Shown piece after piece: positions 9,991-20,090 of a stretch of DNA of 64,000 nt. The notes below the pieces were generated by a model. That model was not told the DNA's origin, ran no database searches, and saw only the letters and a list, made by a program, of their open reading frames with translations. The stretch comes from an uncultured Prevotella sp. (lineage in GTDB: Bacteria > Bacteroidota > Bacteroidia > Bacteroidales > Bacteroidaceae), in NCBI GenBank assembly GCA_946998295.1, contig CAMPYS010000001.1:35602-99601 (forward strand), read 5' to 3'. Both the position numbers and the translations under genes were made by a program. Positions within the stretch are counted from its first letter, which is position 1; each line of letters begins with the position of its first letter.

Positions 9991-11436
9991 ATGAAAAAAT
10001 ATCGTTGGAGAAGACTACATAAATGGTTAGGAATATTCCTTGCTTTTTTTATAATTATGTTTGCTCTTTCGGGGCTAATTCTTAATCATTCAAGGTATTT
10101 TTCTAATATTGAGATTAGTAGAAGATGGCTACCTTCCTCATATCAATATAAAAATTGGGACAAAGGATTGGTAAGAGGGACAATTTCTTGGAAAAATAAA
10201 ATTATTATTTATGGTAATAATGGTCTATGGCTTACAGATTCTACATCATCTTATGTAAGGGATTTGAATAAAGGTCTCCCTGTAGGGGCTGATAATCGAC
10301 AAATTAGAAGAGTTTTGCAGACAAGACAAGGTAAAGTCTTTGCCCTATCTACATACGAATTGTATTTATTAGATGAATCAAATAATACTTGGCATCGTGT
10401 AGATATGCACAGAAATAGTGATGAAAGATTATCTGATATTGAGAGTATAGGCGATAGTCTTATTGTTACTTCAAGATCATATATATATATATCATCCAGT
10501 CCATATCAAACATTCAAAAAATTACTTTTACGACCTGCAAATGATAATGACAATAAGGTATCATTATTTCGTTCAATTTGGCTTTTACATAGTGGAGAAT
10601 TGTTTGGAATTTTAGGAAAATTAATAGTTGATCTTATAGCAATAATATTAATATTTCTCTCAATAACAGGTATTGCCTGCTGGATTTTACCAAAATTCCA
10701 TTATAGAAAATTTAAAGAAATTATATTATTAAATATTTCATGGCATAATACTATAGGGAAGATATCTATTTTTTTTACATTATTTATATGCATAACTGGT
10801 TGGATGTTACGCCCACCTGCACTAATTGCTATAGCTAAAGGAAAGATACCACCTATTCCGTTTTCGACGTTAGATTCACCTAACTCATGGAATGATAAAT
10901 TCCAGACATTACGCTATGATACAAAAAAACACGATTGGTTATTGTGTACGTCAGATGGCTTTTATTCTTTATCTTCTATATATGCATCACCCAAAAGAAT
11001 AAAATTACAACCAAATATAAGTGTTATGGGGATAAATGTTGAAACACAAAATACAAAAGGTCAATGGTTAATAGGTTCATTTAGTGGAATGTATATTTGG
11101 GATAGAAGGAAACAAAAAATTATAGATTATTATACGAAAAAATTAGTTAAGCAATCAAATGGGATTCCCTTTGGAGAGAATGCAGTTGTAGGCTATACAT
11201 CAGACTTCAATAAAGTTCCATTTGTTATAAAATATAAAGATGGTGCATCTTTTATGACGATGCCTAAAAACATGTCTTTCTTACCTATATCATTACGTTA
11301 TTTATGTATAGAAATACATACAGGACGTATTTATACTTTTATTGGTAAAGCAAATATTTTATATATATTTTTCATTGGCATATTTATAATATGGTGCATA
11401 ATTAGTGGATGGAAAATAAAAAAAATAGTAAGATAA
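9991..11436 (+). CDS. PepSY-associated TM helix protein (PiuB-like, putative ferric reductase/iron uptake component)
   Basis: N-terminus RWRRLHKWLGIFLAFFIIMFALSGLILNH is the hallmark PepSY_TM motif. Further TM helices lie mid-protein and at the C-terminus. Confidence 0.55.
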   Translation: MKKYRWRRLHKWLGIFLAFFIIMFALSGLILNHSRYFSNIEISRRWLPSSYQYKNWDKGLVRGTISWKNKIIIYGNNGLWLTDSTSSYVRDLNKGLPVGADNRQIRRVLQTRQGKVFALSTYELYLLDESNNTWHRVDMHRNSDERLSDIESIGDSLIVTSRSYIYISSSPYQTFKKLLLRPANDNDNKVSLFRSIWLLHSGELFGILGKLIVDLIAIILIFLSITGIACWILPKFHYRKFKEIILLNISWHNTIGKISIFFTLFICITGWMLRPPALIAIAKGKIPPIPFSTLDSPNSWNDKFQTLRYDTKKHDWLLCTSDGFYSLSSIYASPKRIKLQPNISVMGINVETQNTKGQWLIGSFSGMYIWDRRKQKIIDYYTKKLVKQSNGIPFGENAVVGYTSDFNKVPFVIKYKDGASFMTMPKNMSFLPISLRYLCIEIHTGRIYTFIGKANILYIFFIGIFIIWCIISGWKIKKIVR

Positions 11437-11448
11437 TAAAATGATAAT

Positions 11449-12960
11449 TTGATGAAAAAGATATTTATATTTATATTTATAATAGCTACACATAATATAA
11501 TAATAGCAAATAATAATGATACTATTGCAATAAAGGAACATTTTAGTAAATGGAATTATTTATTATCTTTAAGTAATAATAATCCCGCATTTATGCGGAT
11601 AGCATATACCACCCCCATCACAGTATTAGGTATTAATTGTATTGATGTAAATGCAAATAAAGCATGTCAATTAGAAAAAGGAAATTCAAAGACGTTGTTA
11701 AAGGCTTATGTAACATCATATCTACACCTAAATAAAAATAGTACAGTTTGGGGAGATGCTGCTTATCAAGTAGGAAAAAAACGTAATATTCGATTTAATT
11801 CTACATCAGATTACGATCTTTTGTATCCCTATGTTATGGCAGATACCATAGGAGGTAATATGGAAAATGAACAATATACGTTTGGTGGTGGTTATGCAGG
11901 AAAATATAATAAATGGAATATAGGTGCAGCAATAAAATTTAGAGCGGAACATGAATATAGAACAATTGATCCACGTCCACGTGGAATAGCTACAGATTTA
12001 TCTGTAAATATAGGAGTCTCATACTACTTAAATAACTATTGTATTGGTACAGGTCTTGGAGGAAGAGTATATAAGCAAACAAATGATGTAGAATTTTATA
12101 ACCCATTAGGGGTAATACCAGTATATCATCTTACAGGATTAGGTTCTAATTATGTTCGCTTTGCTGGTGCAATACGCTCGTCATATTATAAAGGAAGTGG
12201 ATTCTCAACAAATATCCATATTGTACCCCAAAATAAGAATGGTATATATATAGATGCTCAATATAGTTATATGCCATATCAAAATATATTAACTGAATTG
12301 AATGCTCTACCTATAACACGTTTAAATGTACATAAAACAGAGATAGAGACAGGTTGGAAGCAAAAAACAAAATCACAGTGGGCAGTATTTGCAGGAATAG
12401 CTATGGAACAAAGAATAGGTATAGAACATATAGCAGGAAGTTCTTCAAGTACAGAGTATAAATCTTTAATATCATTATCTATGTTTCATAGTAAATGGAC
12501 GAATACTTATATATCTGGCGCATGGAGTATGGATAGTAAGAGACAACTATTACTAATGTCACGAGTTGGACTTACCTACGAGCAACAAAGATATATAGAT
12601 TTAAAGCGTGAAATGACAATAGCAAATAACTATTTTAATATAGGTTCGCAATGGACTAAATCTACAACCGATAATAGATGGATACATATTTTGAATTGCG
12701 AATTAACATATTCGAATAATTATTATAAAAAAATTATAATGCCATATGCTATTATGGGGAAAAAAATAACGCAATTGGTTAATGATACGTATGCAGCTAA
12801 GGCTTCTAATAGTTTAAATGTGCACACAGGCTATAAAGTATTTTATAATCCCAAAAAGTTTAATGGTAAAAGTATATTTTTCAATTTAGATTTACGTTAT
12901 TTGATAACAAATATTATAAAACAAATAGTAATCACTACAAACATAGGTTGTAGTTTTTAA
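11449..12960 (+). CDS. putative outer-membrane beta-barrel protein
   Basis: Signal peptide and alternating amphipathic beta-strand-like segments rich in Y/G/N. The C-terminal residue is Phe (…NIGCSF), typical of OM barrels. No plug domain. Confidence 0.35.
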   Translation: MMKKIFIFIFIIATHNIIIANNNDTIAIKEHFSKWNYLLSLSNNNPAFMRIAYTTPITVLGINCIDVNANKACQLEKGNSKTLLKAYVTSYLHLNKNSTVWGDAAYQVGKKRNIRFNSTSDYDLLYPYVMADTIGGNMENEQYTFGGGYAGKYNKWNIGAAIKFRAEHEYRTIDPRPRGIATDLSVNIGVSYYLNNYCIGTGLGGRVYKQTNDVEFYNPLGVIPVYHLTGLGSNYVRFAGAIRSSYYKGSGFSTNIHIVPQNKNGIYIDAQYSYMPYQNILTELNALPITRLNVHKTEIETGWKQKTKSQWAVFAGIAMEQRIGIEHIAGSSSSTEYKSLISLSMFHSKWTNTYISGAWSMDSKRQLLLMSRVGLTYEQQRYIDLKREMTIANNYFNIGSQWTKSTTDNRWIHILNCELTYSNNYYKKIIMPYAIMGKKITQLVNDTYAAKASNSLNVHTGYKVFYNPKKFNGKSIFFNLDLRYLITNIIKQIVITTNIGCSF

Positions 12961-12979
12961 ATTCTAAAAAAATATTACA

Positions 12980-14242
12980 ATGAATAAGACAATAAAATTA
13001 CAACAACTTATAGGTTTAACTTCTATAATTCCCATATTAATTATAGCACTATATTCTTGTACACCAGACAAGGATGAATTTGATTCTCCTAAGATGGTAA
13101 CCCATGAAATAGTTTTACATGCCCCATTAAATCTAAAAAATATACAATTAATAAAAGCAAAAACAATTTTAACTAATATTAGAACAAATAAAAAATATAT
13201 TATAAAAGATTTTAAACAAAAAGGAAATGATTTTATTACTTCATTTCAAATACCACAAGGGCTATATAATATAGAAGTTGTTGGTTCTATAAATAATACA
13301 ATTAATGAAAATAAAATACAATCAACTGTAAAAGCTCAAAAAGATGATGTAAAAATATTATCAGATACAGGAGAAGACTTAAAAACAGAAATTTCGCTAA
13401 CAACATATTCTGCAAAAGATGGGCTTGTAATTTCAGAGATATTTTTTACTGGTACAACCACGCCTGCTGGATTCATGTACACAGATGATCAATATATAAA
13501 AATAGGTAATAATAGTGATACTACAATGTATGCAGATGGAGTAGCATTTATAGAATCTTTTTTTACAAGTGATGATAAGCATGACTATAAGCCTGATATA
13601 ATGAATGAAGCGATGACTATTGTTGCAATATATGTTATACCTGGAAGTGGAAAAGATGTACCTATAAAACCTGGTAAAGAAATAACTATAGCACTAACGG
13701 CCATAGATCACAGACCTATAAATCCAAATTCATTTGATCTTAGTAAAGCTGAATTTGAAATATATGATAAAACATCTCATATAGAAGGTGATAGGGATAA
13801 CCCTAAGGTTCCTAATTTAATAAATTGGTATGCTAATTTTAGCGGTACTTTTGTTATGCATACTCGTGGTGTAAAGTCTTATGCTATTGCAAAACCAATG
13901 GTTGATATGAAAACTTATATGACAAAATATCGTTATAGGTTTGGGTATATATTTAGGCAGGGAGATATTGTAGTTCCTATGAATGAGTATGAATATTATA
14001 TGCCAAATCAATGGATTATTGATGCTGTTAATCTTGCTGTCCCAACAGTACATGAGTGGAACTTAGTTTCACCAGTGTTAGATAAAGGATTTACTTATTG
14101 TGGACATGTAGATTTTGATGAAACAAGATACAATAAATCAGTTATAAGAAAGAAGGAAGGAAATAAATGGATAGATACAAATAATTCTACTAACGACTTT
14201 ATTCCCAATGCTGTACCTTCATATCTAAGAAATAAAAAATAG
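12980..14242 (+). CDS. lipoprotein, paralogous N-domain to ORF 9574
   Basis: Lipobox LYSCTPDKDEF. The N-terminal ~80 aa are homologous to the 127-aa lipoprotein. The rest is unknown. Confidence 0.45.
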   Translation: MNKTIKLQQLIGLTSIIPILIIALYSCTPDKDEFDSPKMVTHEIVLHAPLNLKNIQLIKAKTILTNIRTNKKYIIKDFKQKGNDFITSFQIPQGLYNIEVVGSINNTINENKIQSTVKAQKDDVKILSDTGEDLKTEISLTTYSAKDGLVISEIFFTGTTTPAGFMYTDDQYIKIGNNSDTTMYADGVAFIESFFTSDDKHDYKPDIMNEAMTIVAIYVIPGSGKDVPIKPGKEITIALTAIDHRPINPNSFDLSKAEFEIYDKTSHIEGDRDNPKVPNLINWYANFSGTFVMHTRGVKSYAIAKPMVDMKTYMTKYRYRFGYIFRQGDIVVPMNEYEYYMPNQWIIDAVNLAVPTVHEWNLVSPVLDKGFTYCGHVDFDETRYNKSVIRKKEGNKWIDTNNSTNDFIPNAVPSYLRNKK

Positions 14243-14247
14243 AAATT

Positions 14248-17067
14248 ATGAAAAAAGTTTTATTCATTTTATTTGCAATTATTTCTCTTAATTCACAAGC
14301 AGAAAGGGAAATAATAAAAAACGATTCTACAATAAAAATAGGAAAATTACAGAATGGACTAACGTATTATATTAAACATAATGCACAAACTAAAGGAATT
14401 GCAGATTTCTATATTGCGCAACGTGTTGGTTCTATTCTTGAAGAGCCACGACAAAGGGGATTAGCACACTTTCTCGAGCATATGGCATTTAATGGAACAA
14501 AAAATTTCATAGGAAATAGCGAAAAACCAAGTATTGTAAAGTGGTGTGAAAGTGTAGGTATAAAATTTGGTGTAAACTTAAATGCGTATACAAGTGTTGA
14601 TCAAACAGTTTACAATATATCTTCAGTACCTATTTCTCGACAAGGAGTAATAGATTCATGTTTACTTATACTTAGTGATTGGAGCCATAATCTCTTATTA
14701 ACGGATAAAGAAATAGATAAAGAGAGAGGTGTTGTACAAGAAGAATGGCGTACAAGACGAACAGGAATGGCTATGCAACGATTAGCGGAACAGTCTATGC
14801 CTATTATATATAAAGGGACAAAGTATGCTGACTGTATGCCCATTGGAAATATGAATATAATACAAAATTTTAAATATAAGGACTTAAGAGACTATTATAA
14901 AAGATGGTATAGACCAGATTTACAAGCTATTATAGTTGTTGGTGATATAGATGTAAACCAAATAGAAAATAAAATAAAAAAACTTTTTAATTCTATACCA
15001 AAACCAATCAATCCAGCTAAGCGAATATACTACCCTATTCCTGATAATAAATGGATGATAATTTATTCTGCAACAGATACAGAACAGCCTACAGTTAATT
15101 TTACGCTATACATGAAACGAGATATTACTAAGCGTGAAAACAGAAATACTATTAAGAAATATTCTGATGACTTTATAACAAATATTATTCGAATGGCTAT
15201 AAATGACAGAATTGAAATGTTAGTGAGGAAAGAAAATTCCCCTTTTATATCAGCTTCTGTAAGAGATGGAAATTTCTTTTTAGCGTCAACTAAAGATGTA
15301 TTTGAAATATCAGCTGTACTAAAAGAGAACATGATAGAAGAAGGTATAGAACAAATAATAGCTGAAATTCAGAGAGTAAAACAATGGGGATTAACTAATC
15401 AAGAAATAGAATTAGGTAAAAAAGAATTACTCTCATATGCAGAAAGTGGGTATAATGATAAGGACAATAGAAGAAATGGAGATTTTGTCGAGCAATGTAT
15501 AAATAATTTTTTAGAAAATGAACCTATAATAAGTCCTGAGATTGAATTAAGTTTAGTAGAGAAATTGAATAAATCAGTTAAACTTAATGATGTTAATTCT
15601 GTCATCAAAGAAATAATAACAAACAAAAATCAAGTAGTAACATTATATGCTCCACGGAAAAAAGCTCTTAAATTGCCCAAGAATAACAAAATAGAAAAAA
15701 TAATACTAACGGCACAAAAAAGAAAATATGATCCATATAAAGAAAAAATATTAGATTCTAATTTAATATCAAATTTACCACAGAAGGGATCAATAATAAG
15801 TCAAAATAAATTTAAGTATGGATATACGGAGTATATACTTTCTAATGGAGTAAAAGTGTATATCAAACCTACAGAGTTTGAAGCAGATGAAATACGAGTT
15901 AAGTTTTTTAGCAAAGGGGGTAAAAATATTTATCCTAATAGTGATATGCCTAACCTTACTTATTTAATTTCTGGTGCAACAATTGGAGGGGCTGGTAGAT
16001 ATGATGATCTCACATTAGAGAAGATGTTAACAGGAAAATCAGTCTCTGTTACACCTTTTATAAATGATGAGACAGAAGGTATGGATGGATACTCTAATAA
16101 AAAAGATATTAAAACATTATTTGAATTAATATATTTATATTTTACTCAGCCACGTAAAGACGAGAAAGCATTTAAAAATCTAATGGAACAACAAAAAGAG
16201 TTTTTGACAAATGCATTTGTAAATCCAATGATAGAGTATAATGATACGTTACATAAAATAGCTTTTGCTACTGATAGATTGAGATCTATGAACGCAGAAT
16301 TAATAAAGCAAGTTGATTACAATCGTATAATGCAAATATATAAGGAAAGGTTTGGAAATGCTGCTGATTTCCAATTAATAATTACTGGTAATGTTGATAT
16401 TAATAAAACAAAAGACTTATTATGCCAATATATAGCCACATTACCATATAATAATATTTTTGAAAATGTAGGTACAAAGGGAGCAAAATTAGTAGATGGG
16501 AAAATAACTCATATATTTAAGAAAAAACAAGCAACACCAACCACTACAACAACAATAGTTATAAAAGGAAATTTAGACTATAATGACCGTAACGATTTAA
16601 TAATGGATGCTATAGGACAAATACTACGTATTGTATATACTGATAAAGTGCGAGAAGATAAAGGCGGAACATATGGAGTTGAAGTTAATGGCTCTTTACA
16701 ACATTTACCATATAACGAAGCTATGATTAGAATAGCTTTTCAAACTGATCCCAAAAAATATGCCCAACTTATACCTATTATTGATCAGCAATTACAGAAT
16801 ATTGCGGAAAATGGTCCAAAACAAGAAGATTTGGACAAGGTTAAGGCATACGAACTAAAAATTTATAAGCAAGTACTTAAAATGAATAATTATTGGGAAT
16901 ATGTGCTATATAATGATTTATATAATGGAATAGATCTCGATACTAATTTTGAAAAGATTGTTAATGAGATGACAACTAAAGATATACAAAAAATATTGAA
17001 AAAGATTCTTGAGCAAAATAATAGGATACAGGTAACTATGACACAAGATGAAGAAGATATAAAATGA
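14248..17067 (+). CDS. M16-family zinc peptidase, PqqL/FusC-like double-module (~940 aa), secreted
   Basis: Signal peptide. Inverted zinc motif HFLEHMAFNGT (HxxEH) with downstream E residues. Two M16/M16_C module pairs. The length matches E. coli PqqL and Pectobacterium FusC. Confidence 0.8.
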   Translation: MKKVLFILFAIISLNSQAEREIIKNDSTIKIGKLQNGLTYYIKHNAQTKGIADFYIAQRVGSILEEPRQRGLAHFLEHMAFNGTKNFIGNSEKPSIVKWCESVGIKFGVNLNAYTSVDQTVYNISSVPISRQGVIDSCLLILSDWSHNLLLTDKEIDKERGVVQEEWRTRRTGMAMQRLAEQSMPIIYKGTKYADCMPIGNMNIIQNFKYKDLRDYYKRWYRPDLQAIIVVGDIDVNQIENKIKKLFNSIPKPINPAKRIYYPIPDNKWMIIYSATDTEQPTVNFTLYMKRDITKRENRNTIKKYSDDFITNIIRMAINDRIEMLVRKENSPFISASVRDGNFFLASTKDVFEISAVLKENMIEEGIEQIIAEIQRVKQWGLTNQEIELGKKELLSYAESGYNDKDNRRNGDFVEQCINNFLENEPIISPEIELSLVEKLNKSVKLNDVNSVIKEIITNKNQVVTLYAPRKKALKLPKNNKIEKIILTAQKRKYDPYKEKILDSNLISNLPQKGSIISQNKFKYGYTEYILSNGVKVYIKPTEFEADEIRVKFFSKGGKNIYPNSDMPNLTYLISGATIGGAGRYDDLTLEKMLTGKSVSVTPFINDETEGMDGYSNKKDIKTLFELIYLYFTQPRKDEKAFKNLMEQQKEFLTNAFVNPMIEYNDTLHKIAFATDRLRSMNAELIKQVDYNRIMQIYKERFGNAADFQLIITGNVDINKTKDLLCQYIATLPYNNIFENVGTKGAKLVDGKITHIFKKKQATPTTTTTIVIKGNLDYNDRNDLIMDAIGQILRIVYTDKVREDKGGTYGVEVNGSLQHLPYNEAMIRIAFQTDPKKYAQLIPIIDQQLQNIAENGPKQEDLDKVKAYELKIYKQVLKMNNYWEYVLYNDLYNGIDLDTNFEKIVNEMTTKDIQKILKKILEQNNRIQVTMTQDEEDIK

Positions 17068-18047
17068 AAATATATAATAAATTACAAACACAACAATTAA
17101 TTAATGAATTGGCAAATAAAGGAAAAGACTTTATTTTTGTCATAAGTTATGATATGAACAACAATATAATAGAAGAGACAAAAGATATTGATAATAATAG
17201 AATTATGATTCAATTGTCTGATTTCTCTAATGCACATAATATAAAACAAGAAACAAAAATAAAACCAATACTTACATTTGATAAACCTGATATAGATAAA
17301 TATAATAAAGCAATTAACTTTGTAAAAGATAATCAACAAAGAGGTAATAGCTACCTAACAAATTTAACATGGAAAATACCAATAGTTACTAATCTATCAT
17401 TGAAAGACTTATATATACAAGCAAAATCAAAATATAAAATATGGATAAGGGATAAATTTTTATGTTTTTCACCAGAAACTTTTATTCGTATAGAAAAAAA
17501 TATTATCTCGTCCTATCCTATGAAGGGTACTATAGATGCAACAAGTACTAATGCTTTGCAAAAGCTTATTAATAATCCGAAGGAGGCTGCAGAGCATGCA
17601 ACAATAGTCGATCTAATACGAAATGACTTAAGTATTGTTGCAAATGGGGTTAAAGTGGACAAATATAGATATGCTGATATTATAGAAACAGATAGAGGTA
17701 ACATTATACAGACAAGCTCTAAAATAACTGCAAATGTATTACCATATTATCAAAATCATATTGGAGAACTTATTTTCAAACTCCTACCAGCAGGATCTAT
17801 AACAGGGGCTCCAAAAACAAAAACTATAGAAATTATAAAACAAGCAGAAAATTATAATCGTAATTTTTATACTGGGATTATGGGAAGATGGGCGAATGCT
17901 AAACTTGATAGTGCTGTTATGATAAGATTTATAGATATTGAAGATAACCAACTATATTATAAAGCTGGAGGTGGAATAACAACACAAAGTAATAACGAAG
18001 ATGAATATAATGAAATAATAGAAAAAATATATGTGCCAGTTCATTGA
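17064..18047 (+). CDS. pabB: aminodeoxychorismate synthase component I (short-form PabB, chorismate-binding domain)
   Basis: C-terminal chorismate-binding motifs PAGSITGAPK...MIRFIDIEDNQLYYKAGGGI. Overlaps the M16 gene by 4 nt (ATGA). Confidence 0.65.
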   Translation: MKIYNKLQTQQLINELANKGKDFIFVISYDMNNNIIEETKDIDNNRIMIQLSDFSNAHNIKQETKIKPILTFDKPDIDKYNKAINFVKDNQQRGNSYLTNLTWKIPIVTNLSLKDLYIQAKSKYKIWIRDKFLCFSPETFIRIEKNIISSYPMKGTIDATSTNALQKLINNPKEAAEHATIVDLIRNDLSIVANGVKVDKYRYADIIETDRGNIIQTSSKITANVLPYYQNHIGELIFKLLPAGSITGAPKTKTIEIIKQAENYNRNFYTGIMGRWANAKLDSAVMIRFIDIEDNQLYYKAGGGITTQSNNEDEYNEIIEKIYVPVH

Positions 18048-18627
18048 AACAATAAAAGTAGTAGATGGTGAAGTAAAAAACATTAAAGAGCATATTGATC
18101 GTGTTAATTATACAAGATCACAAAATTGGGAAAAGTATAACAAAATTATAGATAATGATATTATAAAGCTAATAAATAAAAAAGAAGGAACTATAAAATT
18201 ACGCTTTACTTATGATAATATAAATATATATCAGCCGACATGTACACAATATCGACTTAAGCAGGTTAAACATATAAAACTTATTACAGATAATACAATA
18301 GAGTACGCATTTAAAAGTATTAATAGAGAATCTTTAAATAAATTAAAACTAAGAGTAAAGCAAGATGAAGAAGTTTTAATAGTAAAATGTAACCGCCTAA
18401 CAGATACTTCATACACAAATATAGCATTGTATGATGGTATAAAATGGGTAACGCCATCTATTCCACTTCTCAATGGGACTAAACGTCGACAATTAATAAA
18501 GCAGAGAAAATTAATAGAAGTGGATTTAACTCCAAAAGATATAGGAAAATATAAAGCTATATCACTTATAAACGCCATGATAGAGCTTGAAGAGCTAATT
18601 TTACCTATTACAGAAGTACGGTTGTAA
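18031..18627 (+). CDS. pabC: aminodeoxychorismate lyase-like (short Bacteroidetes PabC-type)
   Basis: Overlaps pabB by 17 nt. About 198 aa with N-terminus MCQFIETIKVVDGEV, reminiscent of Bacteroidetes short PabC homologs. The assignment is tentative. Confidence 0.4.
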   Translation: MCQFIETIKVVDGEVKNIKEHIDRVNYTRSQNWEKYNKIIDNDIIKLINKKEGTIKLRFTYDNINIYQPTCTQYRLKQVKHIKLITDNTIEYAFKSINRESLNKLKLRVKQDEEVLIVKCNRLTDTSYTNIALYDGIKWVTPSIPLLNGTKRRQLIKQRKLIEVDLTPKDIGKYKAISLINAMIELEELILPITEVRL

Positions 18628-18637
18628 AATAAAATTG

Positions 18638-18645
18638 TAATTTTG
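18638..18645 (+). promoter_or_regulatory. -7 promoter motif TAatTTTG
   Basis: Located 24 nt upstream of the ATG at 18669. Confidence 0.45.
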
Positions 18646-18668
18646 CATATTATACATATTCAAATAAA

Positions 18669-19901
18669 ATGAAAAAAGCACTAATACTTCTGTCCATATT
18701 ATGGACAACAATAACAGCAGGATATGCTTGCACAGCAGCAGTTGTAACCGGTAAAGCTACTAAAGATGGACGGCCACTTATATGGAAAGTAAGAGATACG
18801 GATAATCTACAAAATGCTATGAAATTTTTTAGAGGACAACGATATAATTTTATAGGTGTAGTTGATTGTGAACCGCGAGTAAAAGAAGAACTTTGGTTAG
18901 GTACTAATTCTGCAGGGCTATCTATAATAAATACCCAGTCATTTAATCTTGAAAAAACAGTAAATGGTATAGAACCCGGAGCTAAGAATGGTGAATTCAT
19001 GTATAAAGTTCTCAGTTTATGTGCTACAGTAGAGGAGTTAAAGCAGATGCTTGACTCAAAGAAATTGAAACTTGATGGATTATGTGCTAATTTTGGAATT
19101 ATTGATGCAAAAGGTGGTGCAGGTTGGTTTGAAATAAGTACAAAAAGCTATAAATATTTTGATGCTAATGATTCTAAGGTCGCACCTAATGGATATATAG
19201 TGCGAACTAACTTTAGTTTTACAGGAAAGGAACATGAAGGATTGGGATATGTACGTTATCAAACAACTGAAGAAGAATTATATAAGGCTGCAAAAATGAA
19301 ATCTATTACCCCAATATGGATGTTTCAAAATTTAGACAGATCATTCCGTAATCCCAAATTAGGACTTGATTTACATGATGGTAAACACAACTTGCCAAAT
19401 ACTACAGGCTGGTTTATTGATCAGGATTTAATATCAAGAGTAGGTACTTCTTGTTCTGGAGTTATACATGGAGTAAAGACAGGAGAGAATCCTGAGCTTA
19501 CAACTATGTGGACAGTTATTGGATACCCACCTGTAAGTACAGCCTTCCCTTTTTGGGTCAAAGGTGCTGATAAACTAATTCCTGAGATATATAAAGCTGA
19601 AAAGGGAGAAAAAGTAACAATATTTGGTAAAAAGGTTGATACATTAAAAGAACGTGTATATGCTTTTCATGAAGGTATAGGCTCTGATAGATATTTCCGT
19701 TGGGAAGAATTATATAATAGACAAGGTAATGGTATAATACAAAAATTAGAGCCAATTGAGAATGAAATAGAAAAAAGAACAACTATAGTTACTAAAAAAT
19801 GGTATAAGAAAGGAAAAATTAATTCTAAGGAATTACGTAATCTTTATAACTCATTATCAGGATATGTTGAAACAAGTTATAAAAATTTATTTAACCTATA
19901 A
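18669..19901 (+). CDS. secreted Ntn-hydrolase, peptidase C69-like (N-terminal Cys nucleophile)
   Basis: Signal peptide followed by CTAAVVTGKATKDGRPLIWKVRDTD, close to the C69 dipeptidase N-terminus CTTxLVGKxATxDGSxxxARNED. Confidence 0.45.
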   Translation: MKKALILLSILWTTITAGYACTAAVVTGKATKDGRPLIWKVRDTDNLQNAMKFFRGQRYNFIGVVDCEPRVKEELWLGTNSAGLSIINTQSFNLEKTVNGIEPGAKNGEFMYKVLSLCATVEELKQMLDSKKLKLDGLCANFGIIDAKGGAGWFEISTKSYKYFDANDSKVAPNGYIVRTNFSFTGKEHEGLGYVRYQTTEEELYKAAKMKSITPIWMFQNLDRSFRNPKLGLDLHDGKHNLPNTTGWFIDQDLISRVGTSCSGVIHGVKTGENPELTTMWTVIGYPPVSTAFPFWVKGADKLIPEIYKAEKGEKVTIFGKKVDTLKERVYAFHEGIGSDRYFRWEELYNRQGNGIIQKLEPIENEIEKRTTIVTKKWYKKGKINSKELRNLYNSLSGYVETSYKNLFNL

Positions 19902-20056
19902 AAATTGGTTCCATAGAAAAAAAAAGAATAGAACAGACAATACATTTTATAGTATATGAGATATATGTATATTTCAAATTTTATCATAGATATATAAATA
20001 AATAAACTTTAAGATAAAAAATATAGCAAATAACACATATACGAACTAAATATTAT

Positions 20057-20064
20057 TATCTTTG
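20057..20064 (+). promoter_or_regulatory. -7 promoter motif TAtcTTTG
   Basis: Located 27 nt upstream of the ATG at 20091. Confidence 0.45.
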
Positions 20065-20090
20065 CACAGAAAATAAATACAATATATACA

